Below the pieces are notes generated by a model. It worked only from the letters and a program-made list of their open reading frames with translations. It was not told where the DNA came from and searched no databases. Made by a program: the position numbers and the translations under genes. From Dickeya solani IPO 2222 (lineage in GTDB: Bacteria; Pseudomonadota; Gammaproteobacteria; Enterobacterales; Enterobacteriaceae): a stretch of 32,000 nt of DNA. The DNA is taken from NCBI RefSeq assembly GCF_001644705.1, contig NZ_CP015137.1:1470001-1502000 (forward strand), read 5' to 3'. Below, one piece after another: positions 9,164 through 17,471 of this stretch; the first letter of the stretch is position 1; every line of letters begins with the position of its first letter.

Positions 9164-9712
9164 ATGAAGATGGCGACGCAACAACTGGACTGTCCGAACG
9201 GTTTCCCCTGGCGCTACGCCGACGTCACCGCCGCAGACGGCTGCGTGACCAGCGTACTGTTCAGTAACGAGAAAAAAACCACTCAGCCGGATGCCGTCAC
9301 GCAAACCTGCTGCCGGCAGTTGCAGGAATATTTCGCCGGCCAGCGCACCACCTTCGACCTACCGCTGCATCAGGACGCCACGCCGTTCCGCCGGCAGGTC
9401 TACGCCCGGCTGCTGGATATCGGCTACGGCGTGACCCGTAGTTACCAGCACATCGCCATCGCCGTCGGCAACCCCAAAGGGTCGCGGGCGGTAGGCATGG
9501 CGTCGTCCAAAAACCAGATTTCCATCATCGTGCCCTGCCACCGGGTGATCGCTACCTCCGGCGCGCTGACCGGTTACGCCGGCGGGCTGGCGACCAAACA
9601 GTGGCTGCTGACGCACGAACGGCGTCATGCCGTTAAGACGGCAGCAGCGTCTGCAACCACTGACGCTGCTGCTGACGCTGACGCTGCGAGCGCAGGTAAT
9701 CGCCCGCTTTAA
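9164..9712 (+). CDS. ogt: Methylated-DNA--protein-cysteine methyltransferase (Ogt/Ada C-domain type)
   Basis: Active-site IIVPCHRVI and a conserved C-terminal helix (KQWLLTHE). Start set at ATG 9164, 8 nt after GGAGG; the track uses GTG 9149. The last roughly 30 codons are an Ala/Asp-rich tail antisense to nifM. Confidence 0.88.
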   Translation: MKMATQQLDCPNGFPWRYADVTAADGCVTSVLFSNEKKTTQPDAVTQTCCRQLQEYFAGQRTTFDLPLHQDATPFRRQVYARLLDIGYGVTRSYQHIAIAVGNPKGSRAVGMASSKNQISIIVPCHRVIATSGALTGYAGGLATKQWLLTHERRHAVKTAAASATTDAAADADAASAGNRPL

Positions 9713-10445
9713 CCAGCGCCTCCGCTTCCGGCAGCGGCACGGCCGGGCGAATCGCCTCGCAGCGCAGCAGATGCAGGCCCAGTTCGGTTTCCACCGGTTC
9801 GCTCAGTTCCCCCGCCGCCAGCGTAAACAGGCAACGCTCCAGCGCCGGAAACAACAGGCCGCGACTGACCCAGCCCATCAGGCCGCCGTCCAACGCGGTC
9901 GGGCAGTGAGAATGCCGCTGCGCCAGCGACGCGAAGCCGTCCGGATCGGCACGCAGCTGACGTAACATCCCCGCCATCTGTTGATCGACCGCCGGGCGGT
10001 TACCATCGACGGTCAGCAGCAGATGGCGGGTCAGCCGCTGTTCCGGTCGGCAGAAACGGTCGGCGTGCTGTCGATACCAGCGCCGAATCTCCGCCGGTTG
10101 CGGTTCGCCGGCCTGCGCGCCGACGCTCGCCAGTTGCAGTTCCATCAACGAGTGATGCAGCACAATGGCCTGCTGCTCGTCGGCGGAAAACCCGGCGCTG
10201 ACCAGTTCCTCCGCCAGTTGTTGCGTCACCTGCTGCAATTGCGCGCTTGTCGCCGTCAGCGGTTGGCGACGGGCGGCCTCCATCACCGCCTGCTCCAGCG
10301 CCAACTGACGCACCACTTGACGCTCAAAGCGCGGCCGATCCGGCGCGGATAGCTGCTCGGGCAAACAATGCCAGCGGGTCTGCGCCAGCCGCAGGCGGCT
10401 AAAGCGCTGCCAGGCCGGCGGCGTCATGCTTTCTCGCCCGGTCAT
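9633..10445 (-). CDS. nifM: NifM, parvulin-type PPIase needed for Fe-protein maturation
   Basis: The N-terminus PPAWQRFSRLRLAQTRW and the C-terminal PPIase-like region (RHSHCPTALDGGLMGWVSRGLLFPALERCLF...LHLLRCEAIRP) are NifM-like. ATG 10445 overlaps the nifZ TGA (ATGA) and has GGAGG 7 nt upstream. The alternative ATG at 10427 is equally possible. The track ORF extension to 10757 is rejected. Confidence 0.85.
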   Translation of the reverse strand: MTGRESMTPPAWQRFSRLRLAQTRWHCLPEQLSAPDRPRFERQVVRQLALEQAVMEAARRQPLTATSAQLQQVTQQLAEELVSAGFSADEQQAIVLHHSLMELQLASVGAQAGEPQPAEIRRWYRQHADRFCRPEQRLTRHLLLTVDGNRPAVDQQMAGMLRQLRADPDGFASLAQRHSHCPTALDGGLMGWVSRGLLFPALERCLFTLAAGELSEPVETELGLHLLRCEAIRPAVPLPEAEALVKAGDYLRSQRQRQQQRQWLQTLLPS

Positions 10446-10885
10446 TCCTCCACCTCCAGGTTGTACAGCGCCGATACCGGCACCTGAAACTGCCGTTCGC
10501 CGAACAGCACGATGCAGCTGTCGCACCGCTCTCCCTGCGCAGTCGCCAGCACCTCGCCCTGCTGGCCCGCCGCCGCCACGATATCGCCGCCGATCGCCAG
10601 CGGCTGCACGCAGCGCACCCGATCGCCGTACTGAAAATCCCCCGCCAGCCAGGGCCGATCGACGTCGATCAGCTCTGACTCGCGGCAGCCGACGACCAGA
10701 TCTCGATCGAGAAAATGCACCTGATAGATGATCTGATCCTGCAGGAATACCCCCCACTCGCGCACATACCCGACACTGCCGCGACGCACCAGCAACTCAC
10801 CGCGCGCCCGGCCAACGAAAGTGCCGTCGTTGCGCAGCGCGCGCACCACCCGCACGGCATCGCTACACTCAAATCTCGGCGTCAT
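10442..10885 (-). CDS. nifZ: NifZ (P-cluster/MoFe protein maturation)
   Basis: 147 aa. The conserved NifZ N-domain reads MTPRFECSDAVRVVRALRNDGTF...GYVREWGVFLQDQIIYQVHF. Position is between nifW and nifM. Confidence 0.9.
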   Translation of the reverse strand: MTPRFECSDAVRVVRALRNDGTFVGRARGELLVRRGSVGYVREWGVFLQDQIIYQVHFLDRDLVVGCRESELIDVDRPWLAGDFQYGDRVRCVQPLAIGGDIVAAAGQQGEVLATAQGERCDSCIVLFGERQFQVPVSALYNLEVEE

Positions 10886-11138
10886 CGCGGCCTCCGCCCA
10901 CCCATTGCTGATAACTCTCCGCCAGCAGCCGTCGCGCTAATTGCCAGTCGGCGTTCTGCACATCGTCCAGCGCATTGCGTAGCGGCACCGCCGCCATCAG
11001 CCGGCGGCGAAACTCGCGCAGCACCGGCACCTGACACCGGCTCAGTTGGTCGGCGTCGTACGGCACCTCAAAAAAGGCAAAAAAAGCGTCGGCGCCCTGC
11101 AACGCCTGTACCCCCGGCACACGGTAGAACCATTCCAT
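10869..11138 (-). CDS. nifW: NifW (MoFe protein stabilisation)
   Basis: 89 aa from MEWFYRVPGVQALQGADAFFAFFEVPYD. ATG 11138 lies 4 nt after the nifV stop. The 3' end overlaps the nifZ start by 17 nt. Confidence 0.85.
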   Translation of the reverse strand: MEWFYRVPGVQALQGADAFFAFFEVPYDADQLSRCQVPVLREFRRRLMAAVPLRNALDDVQNADWQLARRLLAESYQQWVGGGRDDAEI

Positions 11139-11142
11139 CGCC

Positions 11143-12291
11143 TCACCCTCCCTGACAGCGCAACGCCTGCTCGTCGCCAAACAGATCCTGATAGATCTGC
11201 CGCAGTTCGCTATCCCGCGGGTTGCGCTTGCTGCTTTCCGCAAACTGGCGCACCGCGTCGAGCAGCGCGTCGACCTGCTGTGCCTCCAGCCCGTAGCCCA
11301 ACCGGGCGAACACGCCGCCCACCGCCTGACGGCCGGAGTGTTTGCCCAGCACCAGCCGGAACTCCCGCCCCATCAGGTGCGGATCGATACCCTGATAGCT
11401 TTCCCGGTCATGCAGCAGCGCCGCCACATGCACCCCGGATTCATGGGTGAACACCTGCTCCCCCACCAGCGGTTGTTGCATATCGATCGGGCGCTGCGCT
11501 GCGTTCGCCACCTGCTGACACAACGCGGGCAGGCGCTCGAAGCGGATGCCGCTTGAGCGCCCGAGGCAGCGTTGCAACCCGAGCGCCACCGACTCCAGCG
11601 CCGCATTGCCCGCCCGCTCGCCCAATCCCAGCACGGTGGTGTTGACGTGGGTGGCTCCCGCCCGCACCGCCGCCAGCGTGTTGGCGGTCGCCAGCCCCAG
11701 ATCGTTATGGGCGTGCATCTCGATCTCGCCGGGCCAGCACTGGCGCAACGCCTGAATCCGATCGTAAGTGGCGAACGGGTCCAGCATCCCCAGCGTATCG
11801 GCGAAGCGCAGCCGTTGCGCACCCGCCGCCTGCGCCGTCTGCGCCAGTTGACGCAGGGTGTCGTCGCTGGCGCGCGAGGCGTCTTCACAACCGATGCTCA
11901 CCCGCAGCCCGCACTGACGCGCCAGCGCAATCAACGCCGCCAGCCGGGGCAACAGCGCGGAAAGCGGCTGACGCAGTTTCTGTTGCCGCAGCCGATCGGA
12001 CGACGGCACCGAAATATCGACCCAGTCCATGCCCAGATCGGCGCTCTGACGGATTTCGTCTTCATTCATCCGGCACCAGGCCATCATCACGATGCCCGGC
12101 AGCCGCCGTCTGACCAGCGCCATACGTGAGCGCTCTTCCGGCCCCATCGCCGGGGTGCCGACCTCCAGCGCCGGCACGCCCGCCTCCGCCAGCGCCTCGG
12201 CAATCGCCAGCTTTTCGCTGGCGCGAAACGCCACCCCAGGGCTCTGCTCGCCGTCACGCAGGGTGGTGTCGTTGATGATCACCTGCTCCAT
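11143..12291 (-). CDS. nifV: NifV homocitrate synthase
   Basis: 382 aa. HMGL-like motif [17 protein letters not shown], plus [19 protein letters not shown]. Confidence 0.93.
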   Translation of the reverse strand: MEQVIINDTTLRDGEQSPGVAFRASEKLAIAEALAEAGVPALEVGTPAMGPEERSRMALVRRRLPGIVMMAWCRMNEDEIRQSADLGMDWVDISVPSSDRLRQQKLRQPLSALLPRLAALIALARQCGLRVSIGCEDASRASDDTLRQLAQTAQAAGAQRLRFADTLGMLDPFATYDRIQALRQCWPGEIEMHAHNDLGLATANTLAAVRAGATHVNTTVLGLGERAGNAALESVALGLQRCLGRSSGIRFERLPALCQQVANAAQRPIDMQQPLVGEQVFTHESGVHVAALLHDRESYQGIDPHLMGREFRLVLGKHSGRQAVGGVFARLGYGLEAQQVDALLDAVRQFAESSKRNPRDSELRQIYQDLFGDEQALRCQGG

Positions 12292-12303
12292 CGCCCGTTC
12301 CCC

Positions 12304-13548
12304 TTAGCCGTAGGTCGGCGCGAACGCCGCCCCGGCCAGCGCCGCCGGTTTGTCCTGCTGCCAGTAAGGCGACAGCGTTCTCAGCCGGGCGATGATCGGC
12401 GGCAGTTGCTCAATCGCGTAGTCGATCTCCTTTTCGCGGGTATAGCGCGACAGCGAGAAACGGATGCTGCCGTGAGCGGCGGTATAGGGAATGTCCATCG
12501 CCCGCATAACGTGCGACGGCTCCAGCGAGCCGGACGTGCAGGCGCTGCCGCTGGAAGCGGCGATGCCGACATGGTTCATCAGCAACAAAATCGCCTCCCC
12601 TTCGATAAATTCGAACGCCATATTGAGGGTGTTAGGGGTACGCGGCTGCCCGTCGCCCATCACCATCACGCTGGGAATTCGCCGCACCAGTTCGTGCTGC
12701 AAGGTATCGCGCAGCGGCGCTACCGCCGCCGTCATCATCGGCAAGTGCACTTCCGCCAGTTCGCAGGCGCTGCCCATACCGACAATCCCGGCGATATTTT
12801 CCGTGCCGGCGCGCCGGCCGCGTTCCTGATGCCCGCCGCGCAGCAGCGGGCGAAAACGGGTGTTACGGCGCAGATACAGGCAACCGACCCCTTTCGGGCC
12901 GTGGATCTTGTGCGCCGAACAGGAGAGCATGTCGATATCGGTGGCGGACAGCACCATCGGGATTTTGCCCACCGCCTGCACCGCGTCGCAGTGAAACAAC
13001 ACGCCGTGTTCATGCGCCAGCGCCGCCATCTCCGGCACCGGGAACTGCACCCCGGTTTCATTGTTGGCCCACATCACGCTGACCAGCGCGACGCGGTCGC
13101 TCAGCAAACGGCGGTACTCCGCCAGATCCAGCGCGCCTTGCGGCGACACCGCCAACCGGTGGATGGTGTAGCCCTGCCGCGCCAGATGCTCACACACCTC
13201 CAGCGTGGCCGGATGCTCCACCGCGGTGGTGATGATTTCGCGCCGTTCCGGCGCCAGATTCACCGCAGAGTAAATCGCGGTAGAGGTGGCTTCGGTAGCG
13301 CAGGAGGTAAACAGGATTTCGCTGTCATAACGCGCCCCCAGCAGGCTGGCTACCTGCTGGCGCGCCCGCTCCAGCGCGCCGCGGCACGGTGTGCCGAAAT
13401 CGTGGATCGACGACGGGTTGCCGTAGTGTTCGGTCAGAAACGGCAGCATCGCCTCCAGCACCATCGGGTCAAGCCGGGTGGTGGCGTTGTTGTCCAGATA
13501 GATTCTCTTGTCTGGACCACTTTTTTTGTCCGGATACACGTTGTTCAT
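12304..13548 (-). CDS. nifS: NifS cysteine desulfurase
   Basis: 414 aa from MNNVYPDKKSGPDKRIYLDNNATTRLDP. PLP-lysine motif SCSAHKIHGPKGVG and catalytic-Cys loop ASSGSACTSG. SD GAGGAAAAAACC precedes ATG 13548. The track ORF extension to 13680 is rejected. Confidence 0.93.
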   Translation of the reverse strand: MNNVYPDKKSGPDKRIYLDNNATTRLDPMVLEAMLPFLTEHYGNPSSIHDFGTPCRGALERARQQVASLLGARYDSEILFTSCATEATSTAIYSAVNLAPERREIITTAVEHPATLEVCEHLARQGYTIHRLAVSPQGALDLAEYRRLLSDRVALVSVMWANNETGVQFPVPEMAALAHEHGVLFHCDAVQAVGKIPMVLSATDIDMLSCSAHKIHGPKGVGCLYLRRNTRFRPLLRGGHQERGRRAGTENIAGIVGMGSACELAEVHLPMMTAAVAPLRDTLQHELVRRIPSVMVMGDGQPRTPNTLNMAFEFIEGEAILLLMNHVGIAASSGSACTSGSLEPSHVMRAMDIPYTAAHGSIRFSLSRYTREKEIDYAIEQLPPIIARLRTLSPYWQQDKPAALAGAAFAPTYG

Positions 13549-13583
13549 GGTTTTTTCCTCATGCCTGTCTGCCTGACGGCCAT

Positions 13584-14411
13584 TTACGCCGCCACCACGT
13601 CCATATACTGCCCGGTGCGCTCCACCAGCTTCTGCTGCAGCCAGGCCAGCGTCATGTCGGTCATCATGCAACCGCTGCAACTGCCGGACAGGCTCACCGT
13701 GACCTGACGCTCGCTGACGTTCACCAACGACATATCGCCGCCGTCGGCCTGAATATGCGGCCGCAGTTCCGCCACCGCTTCCGCCACTTGTTGCCAGCGC
13801 GCATCCTTCACCACTATCGCCGCCGCAACCGGCGTCGCCTCGTGCTCGCTCAGGATCTGCGCCAGCGCCAGCTCGATCTTTTCATGGCAGGCGCTGCAAC
13901 CGCCGCCCGCTTTGGTGTAGTTGATCACTTCCTGCAACGTCGTCAGGCCGTTAGCCACCACCGCGCGGCGGATCTGCCCTTCATCCACCGCAAAGCATTT
14001 GCAGATCAGCGCCCCTTCCTCGTGGTCGTCCTCCAGCGTTTCGCCACGGTAGTTGGCGATAGCCACCCGCAACGCTTCCTGACCCATCACCGAGCAATGC
14101 ATTTTTTCCGGTGGCAGACCGTCGAGATAATCGGCGATCTGTTGGTTGGTTACCTGTTCCGCTTCCTGCAGGGTACGGCCGATGATCAGCTCCGTCAGCG
14201 CCGAAGACGACGCGATGGCGCTGCCGCAGCCGAAAGTCTGAAACCCGGCGTCGAGGATGGTTTCGCTGTCCGGGTCAACGCGCAGCATCAACCGCAGGGC
14301 ATCGCCACAGCTGAGCGAACCGACATCGCCCACGGCGTTGGCTTCCACCACCACCCTGGCATTGCGGGGATTAAAAAAATGGTCTTTCACTTTCTCGGAA
14401 TAGTTCCACAT
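13584..14411 (-). CDS. nifU: NifU Fe-S cluster scaffold
   Basis: 275 aa. N-terminal IscU-like Cys residues ([20 protein letters not shown]), a central 2Fe-2S domain (CKCFAVDEG...GGGCSACHE) and a C-terminal Nfu-like motif ([10 protein letters not shown]). Confidence 0.95.
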   Translation of the reverse strand: MWNYSEKVKDHFFNPRNARVVVEANAVGDVGSLSCGDALRLMLRVDPDSETILDAGFQTFGCGSAIASSSALTELIIGRTLQEAEQVTNQQIADYLDGLPPEKMHCSVMGQEALRVAIANYRGETLEDDHEEGALICKCFAVDEGQIRRAVVANGLTTLQEVINYTKAGGGCSACHEKIELALAQILSEHEATPVAAAIVVKDARWQQVAEAVAELRPHIQADGGDMSLVNVSERQVTVSLSGSCSGCMMTDMTLAWLQQKLVERTGQYMDVVAA

Positions 14412-14502
14412 CTGCTCTGCTCCCTACTGAATGGGTGAAAACGCCGGACACCCAACCGCCCGGCGCTCACGCGCGTTGCATGCTCTGAGTAAGCAGAGTC
14501 AG

Positions 14503-14519
14503 AGCAAATGTGATGCCAG
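14503..14519 (-). promoter_or_regulatory. sigma54 -24/-12 promoter of nifUSVWZM
   Basis: Reverse complement is CTGGCATCACATTTGCT, with GG-N10-GC exact. It lies about 90 nt upstream of the nifU ATG. Confidence 0.7.
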
Positions 14520-14602
14520 TCACAGAAACAAATGCAGATCAACGAGATAGTCGCGATGGCCGCTAAAAAATCCGCCACGAATGTCGCGGTTTATGTCGGG
14601 TT

Positions 14603-14618
14603 TGTCAGAGAGGTGACA
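14603..14618. promoter_or_regulatory. NifA UAS for nifU
   Basis: Perfect TGT-N10-ACA (TGTCAGAGAGGTGACA), about 90-100 bp upstream of the -24 element. Confidence 0.65.
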
Positions 14619-14830
14619 TTAATCAAAGGCGATCTTTCCGGTGCGAAAACCTGACAGCAGGGAAATAAAATTCCCGCTAATGTATATTCGAATTGAAAAA
14701 CTATTTAACCATTTAAGAGCCTACACCATCAGGGCTATTTTCCTTGCATTTGGGGCCCAGGCCGTGCTCGAAATCCTCACGTACTTCGTGTACGCTCCAG
14801 TTTATGCGCGCTGTAGTGTCCAAACTGGCT

Positions 14831-14859
14831 GTGACAATTATGTCTATTAGGATTATAAG
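14831..14859 (+). promoter_or_regulatory. Possible sigma70 promoter for the 133-aa ORF
   Basis: GTGACA-N17-TATAAG, which is 5/6 matches in each hexamer. The -10 element ends 42 nt upstream of ATG 14902. Confidence 0.3.
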
Positions 14860-14901
14860 AACGTTAACTAAATATATGTCACAAGGTATTTATATAAATT
14901 T

Positions 14902-15303
14902 ATGAAAAAAATAATTATATTTATAACCGCAATTATTATCTCATTCAATGCATTATCTAAAAAAGAGGATCTCCACCGTCCGTTCTTCGAAGGGAAAGAA
15001 TATGATATTTATCTATCCTATGGTAATTGCTCTCAGCACGACATCGAATGCAGCGATATAACATACCATTCAATTAATAAAAAGAATAAAAGCGAGATAA
15101 ATATAAAAGGAAAGACATTAAATATAGGACCATCAAAAGATTTCAGAGGGTATATATTTAAAAACGGCTCATACACTTATACACTCACCCCTTCTCCAGA
15201 AGCAGATAATTATGATGACAGCATATGGTTTCTGGATGTCTATCAAGCAACAGGCCATGGTGACAAGCCCATTCTCAGAGAGAAAGGAAGAGTTTCTGAT
15301 TAG
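14902..15303 (+). CDS. Hypothetical small secreted protein (133 aa), no family recognised
   Basis: Sec-type signal peptide MKKIIIFITAIIISFNALS. The mature part is Lys/Asn/Tyr-rich with 2 Cys (CSQHDIEC). The DNA is extremely AT-rich: the line 14881-14940 has 9 G+C in 60 nt by my count. Confidence 0.6.
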   Translation: MKKIIIFITAIIISFNALSKKEDLHRPFFEGKEYDIYLSYGNCSQHDIECSDITYHSINKKNKSEINIKGKTLNIGPSKDFRGYIFKNGSYTYTLTPSPEADNYDDSIWFLDVYQATGHGDKPILREKGRVSD

Positions 15304-15387
15304 AAATTTTAAGAAAATAAGATTCAATTTTACCAAAGAGATAACATTAAACGGCAGGAACAGCGACATACACTTAGATGCAATGCT

Positions 15388-15421
15388 GATTTAAACCAAT
15401 CGTACCGGATTGGTTTAAATC
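15388..15421. repeat. Perfect 14-bp inverted repeat with 6-nt spacer (hairpin or operator)
   Basis: GATTTAAACCAATC-gtaccg-GATTGGTTTAAATC, 85 nt after the 133-aa ORF stop. There is no adjacent T-run on either strand. Confidence 0.8.
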
Positions 15422-15552
15422 AACGGGCCGATTCACTGGCTAACGACATCAAGAAAAAAAATAAGAAAGTACATTATCGTTTTCATTATGTTATACCAAA
15501 AATAATTCGAAACGGCCGCGGGTTGAACAGCACAACGCGTTGGCCCTTCAAG

Positions 15553-15577
15553 GACAAGGCTCGTTACGAGCCTTGTC
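15553..15577 (-). terminator. Probable terminator hairpin of nifENX
   Basis: Perfect 11-bp stem GACAAGGCTCG-tta-CGAGCCTTGTC beginning 45 nt downstream of the nifX stop. It lacks a clear U-tract, hence moderate confidence. Confidence 0.45.
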
Positions 15578-15621
15578 ACGCGGCAACCGCGGCAATCCCC
15601 AAAAGCCTACATAGATCTCAC

Positions 15622-16089
15622 TCACAACACATCATCCTCCTCGCTCCACTCCTGTTCGGCGATCAGCCGATCGAAACGGTCAGGGTCGCGCTGGCGGCGG
15701 GCAACGCGCTGCTCGTCGTCATGCCAGCACTGTTGGATCTGTTGTAGCAGTTGGGCGATCGGCGTGTCGGCCGGTACCCGCACCGCCCGCACCCCCACCT
15801 GCAGCAACTGGCGGAACACCGCATCGCCAATCGCCACGCAATACAGCGTGACGCAATCTTCCAGCGCATCGATACGGCAGGTGAGTTTGTCTTCCTGATG
15901 ACCGTAGCGCACGTTGAAATCCACCACTTTCAGCAGCGTGACCTGATCTTCCTTTACGCCGTAAACCACCAGCCGGGGCGTGGCGCCAAAGTGTTGATCG
16001 ACATGGTGATAGTCAGAACTGGCAAACGCCACCTTCATGGACCACACGCCTGCGCTAATAGCGCTGAGATGCCGGTTAATATGCTGCAT
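15622..16089 (-). CDS. nifX: NifX (FeMo-co precursor carrier)
   Basis: Conserved core MKVAFASSDYHHVDQHFGATPRLVVYGVK...CVAIGDAVFRQLLQVGVRA. Start chosen at ATG 16089 (MQHINRHL...) with GGAGG upstream, which overlaps the nifN 3' end by 14 nt. The alternative is ATG 16038. Confidence 0.88.
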   Translation of the reverse strand: MQHINRHLSAISAGVWSMKVAFASSDYHHVDQHFGATPRLVVYGVKEDQVTLLKVVDFNVRYGHQEDKLTCRIDALEDCVTLYCVAIGDAVFRQLLQVGVRAVRVPADTPIAQLLQQIQQCWHDDEQRVARRQRDPDRFDRLIAEQEWSEEDDVL

Positions 16090-17461
16090 GATCCACCTCC
16101 TGACGCAGCGGCGGCGCAAACTGCTGCTTGAGCGGCGAGTGGTAAACCGGCTGGTGGTGATGACGCGCCAGCATCAGGTTCGCCAGTTCAAACAGGGTGT
16201 CGCGCATACCGGCATAGCCCTGACGAGGGCGACGGAATTCGCCGATCTTATCGAAGATCGGAAAACCGGCGCGGATCAGCGGTATGCCAAACTGCTCCGC
16301 CAGATCGGCGGCATGGGAATTGGACACCAGCATATCGGCCGGGCTGTCGCACAGTTGATCCTGCAAATCTTCCAGATCGCCGATCAGCACCTGCTCCACC
16401 GGCAACGCCGCCAGGCTTGGCTGGTTGACCGGCGCCACCACCGGCCCCGGCGTTATCCCCTGGCTGAGCGCGAAGTCGCACCAGCCCGCCAGCAGATCGC
16501 CCTCCGCCGCCAGCGCCATGCGCTGCCCTTGCAGCCACATGTGGCAGTCGATCATCGCGTCCTGCAACTGGCCGCGCTGGCGATCGATCCACGCCGGTAC
16601 GTCGCGTCCGGCCAGCTGTTGCAAATGCCGGATGAAGCAGTCCATGTTCTCCAGCGTCATCAAATGCGGCAGGCTGAGCGACTGGCCGCGGCTGCGCATC
16701 GCCAGCAGACCGGCGGCGCGGCTCAGCGACACACCGATGGCGACGGTGCTCAGGCTTTGCCCCATCTGCTCGATGCCGCGCAACGGCGTGCCGCCCTGCG
16801 TCACCGCCTGAAAATCGCCGTTGGCGAGATGCCCGTCCAGCGACTGCGAGAGATCCGGCAGGATCACCGGCTGCAGCCCGAACGCTTCAACGTAGCTGCG
16901 GATCAGCTCGACATCGCCGGGATTGAGCAGATGGCTCAACAACAGATTGACGCGCCGGTTGCGCATCCCCACCGGCGGTTTGTCCGGCACCCACTGCTGG
17001 ATCACGCTCTCCACCACCGCGCTGAAGCCATTCTCCAGCGATCCGTAAAAGTCCGGCGTATTGACCGTCAGGATCGCCACCGATTTAAAGCGCGGATAGT
17101 CGTCGCGGAACTGCCGAACCGCCCGCGCCATATCGCTGCCCTGCGCTTCGGACAACCCGGTGCTGACCAGCACGATCGCCTTTGGCGTGTTGCGCTGGCA
17201 CAGCGTGGCGAGCGCGGTGAAGATGTTGTCGTCCGCCCCCATGATGGTGGTGGTCGGGTCCATCGCGGTGGACTGCAACGGGATCGGCTCGTGAAAATGC
17301 TGAATGAAAAACACCTTGGCGAAGGCGCTGCAACCCTGCGCGCCATGCACCAGCGGAATGCTGTGCTCGATCCCCTGAGCGGCCAGAATCGCCCCCAGCG
17401 GTTGCCCGCTTTTAATCGGGCTGGTCGCCAGCGGTTTTTTATTGCGAATCACCTGTGCCAT
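16076..17461 (-). CDS. nifN: NifN (NifEN scaffold, beta-like subunit)
   Basis: 461 aa, starting MAQVIRNKKPLATSPIKSGQPLGAILAAQGIEHSIPLVHGAQGCSAFAKVF. This is the nitrogenase component-1 type oxidoreductase fold, in position after nifE. Confidence 0.95.
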   Translation of the reverse strand: MAQVIRNKKPLATSPIKSGQPLGAILAAQGIEHSIPLVHGAQGCSAFAKVFFIQHFHEPIPLQSTAMDPTTTIMGADDNIFTALATLCQRNTPKAIVLVSTGLSEAQGSDMARAVRQFRDDYPRFKSVAILTVNTPDFYGSLENGFSAVVESVIQQWVPDKPPVGMRNRRVNLLLSHLLNPGDVELIRSYVEAFGLQPVILPDLSQSLDGHLANGDFQAVTQGGTPLRGIEQMGQSLSTVAIGVSLSRAAGLLAMRSRGQSLSLPHLMTLENMDCFIRHLQQLAGRDVPAWIDRQRGQLQDAMIDCHMWLQGQRMALAAEGDLLAGWCDFALSQGITPGPVVAPVNQPSLAALPVEQVLIGDLEDLQDQLCDSPADMLVSNSHAADLAEQFGIPLIRAGFPIFDKIGEFRRPRQGYAGMRDTLFELANLMLARHHHQPVYHSPLKQQFAPPLRQEVDHAAY

Positions 17462-17471
17462 CGGCTACTCC

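Noticed and set aside
14733-14748. GGCTATTTTCCTTGCA upstream of the 133-aa ORF, considered as a sigma54 promoter.
   Set aside because: The spacing is GG-N11-GC, one too long for sigma54 recognition.
14737-14835. A GC-richer patch of about 100 bp inside the AT-rich islet (TTTGGGGCCCAGGCCGTGCTCGAAATCCTCACGTACTTCGTGTACGCTCCAG...GTGTCCAAA), considered as a MITE/ERIC-like palindromic element or sRNA.
   Set aside because: Arm-to-arm complementarity is only about half of positions by hand alignment. The only clean stem is 5 bp (CGTAC/GTACG), and I could not match it to a repeat family I know. It needs a genome-wide copy search before any claim.
14641-14850. Small track ORFs in the AT-rich islets: 14641-14850(+), 15169-15369(-), 15212-15394(+) and 26639-26848(-).
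   Set aside because: They have GTG or odd starts and no SD, overlap better-supported features, and have compositions typical of random AT-rich frames.
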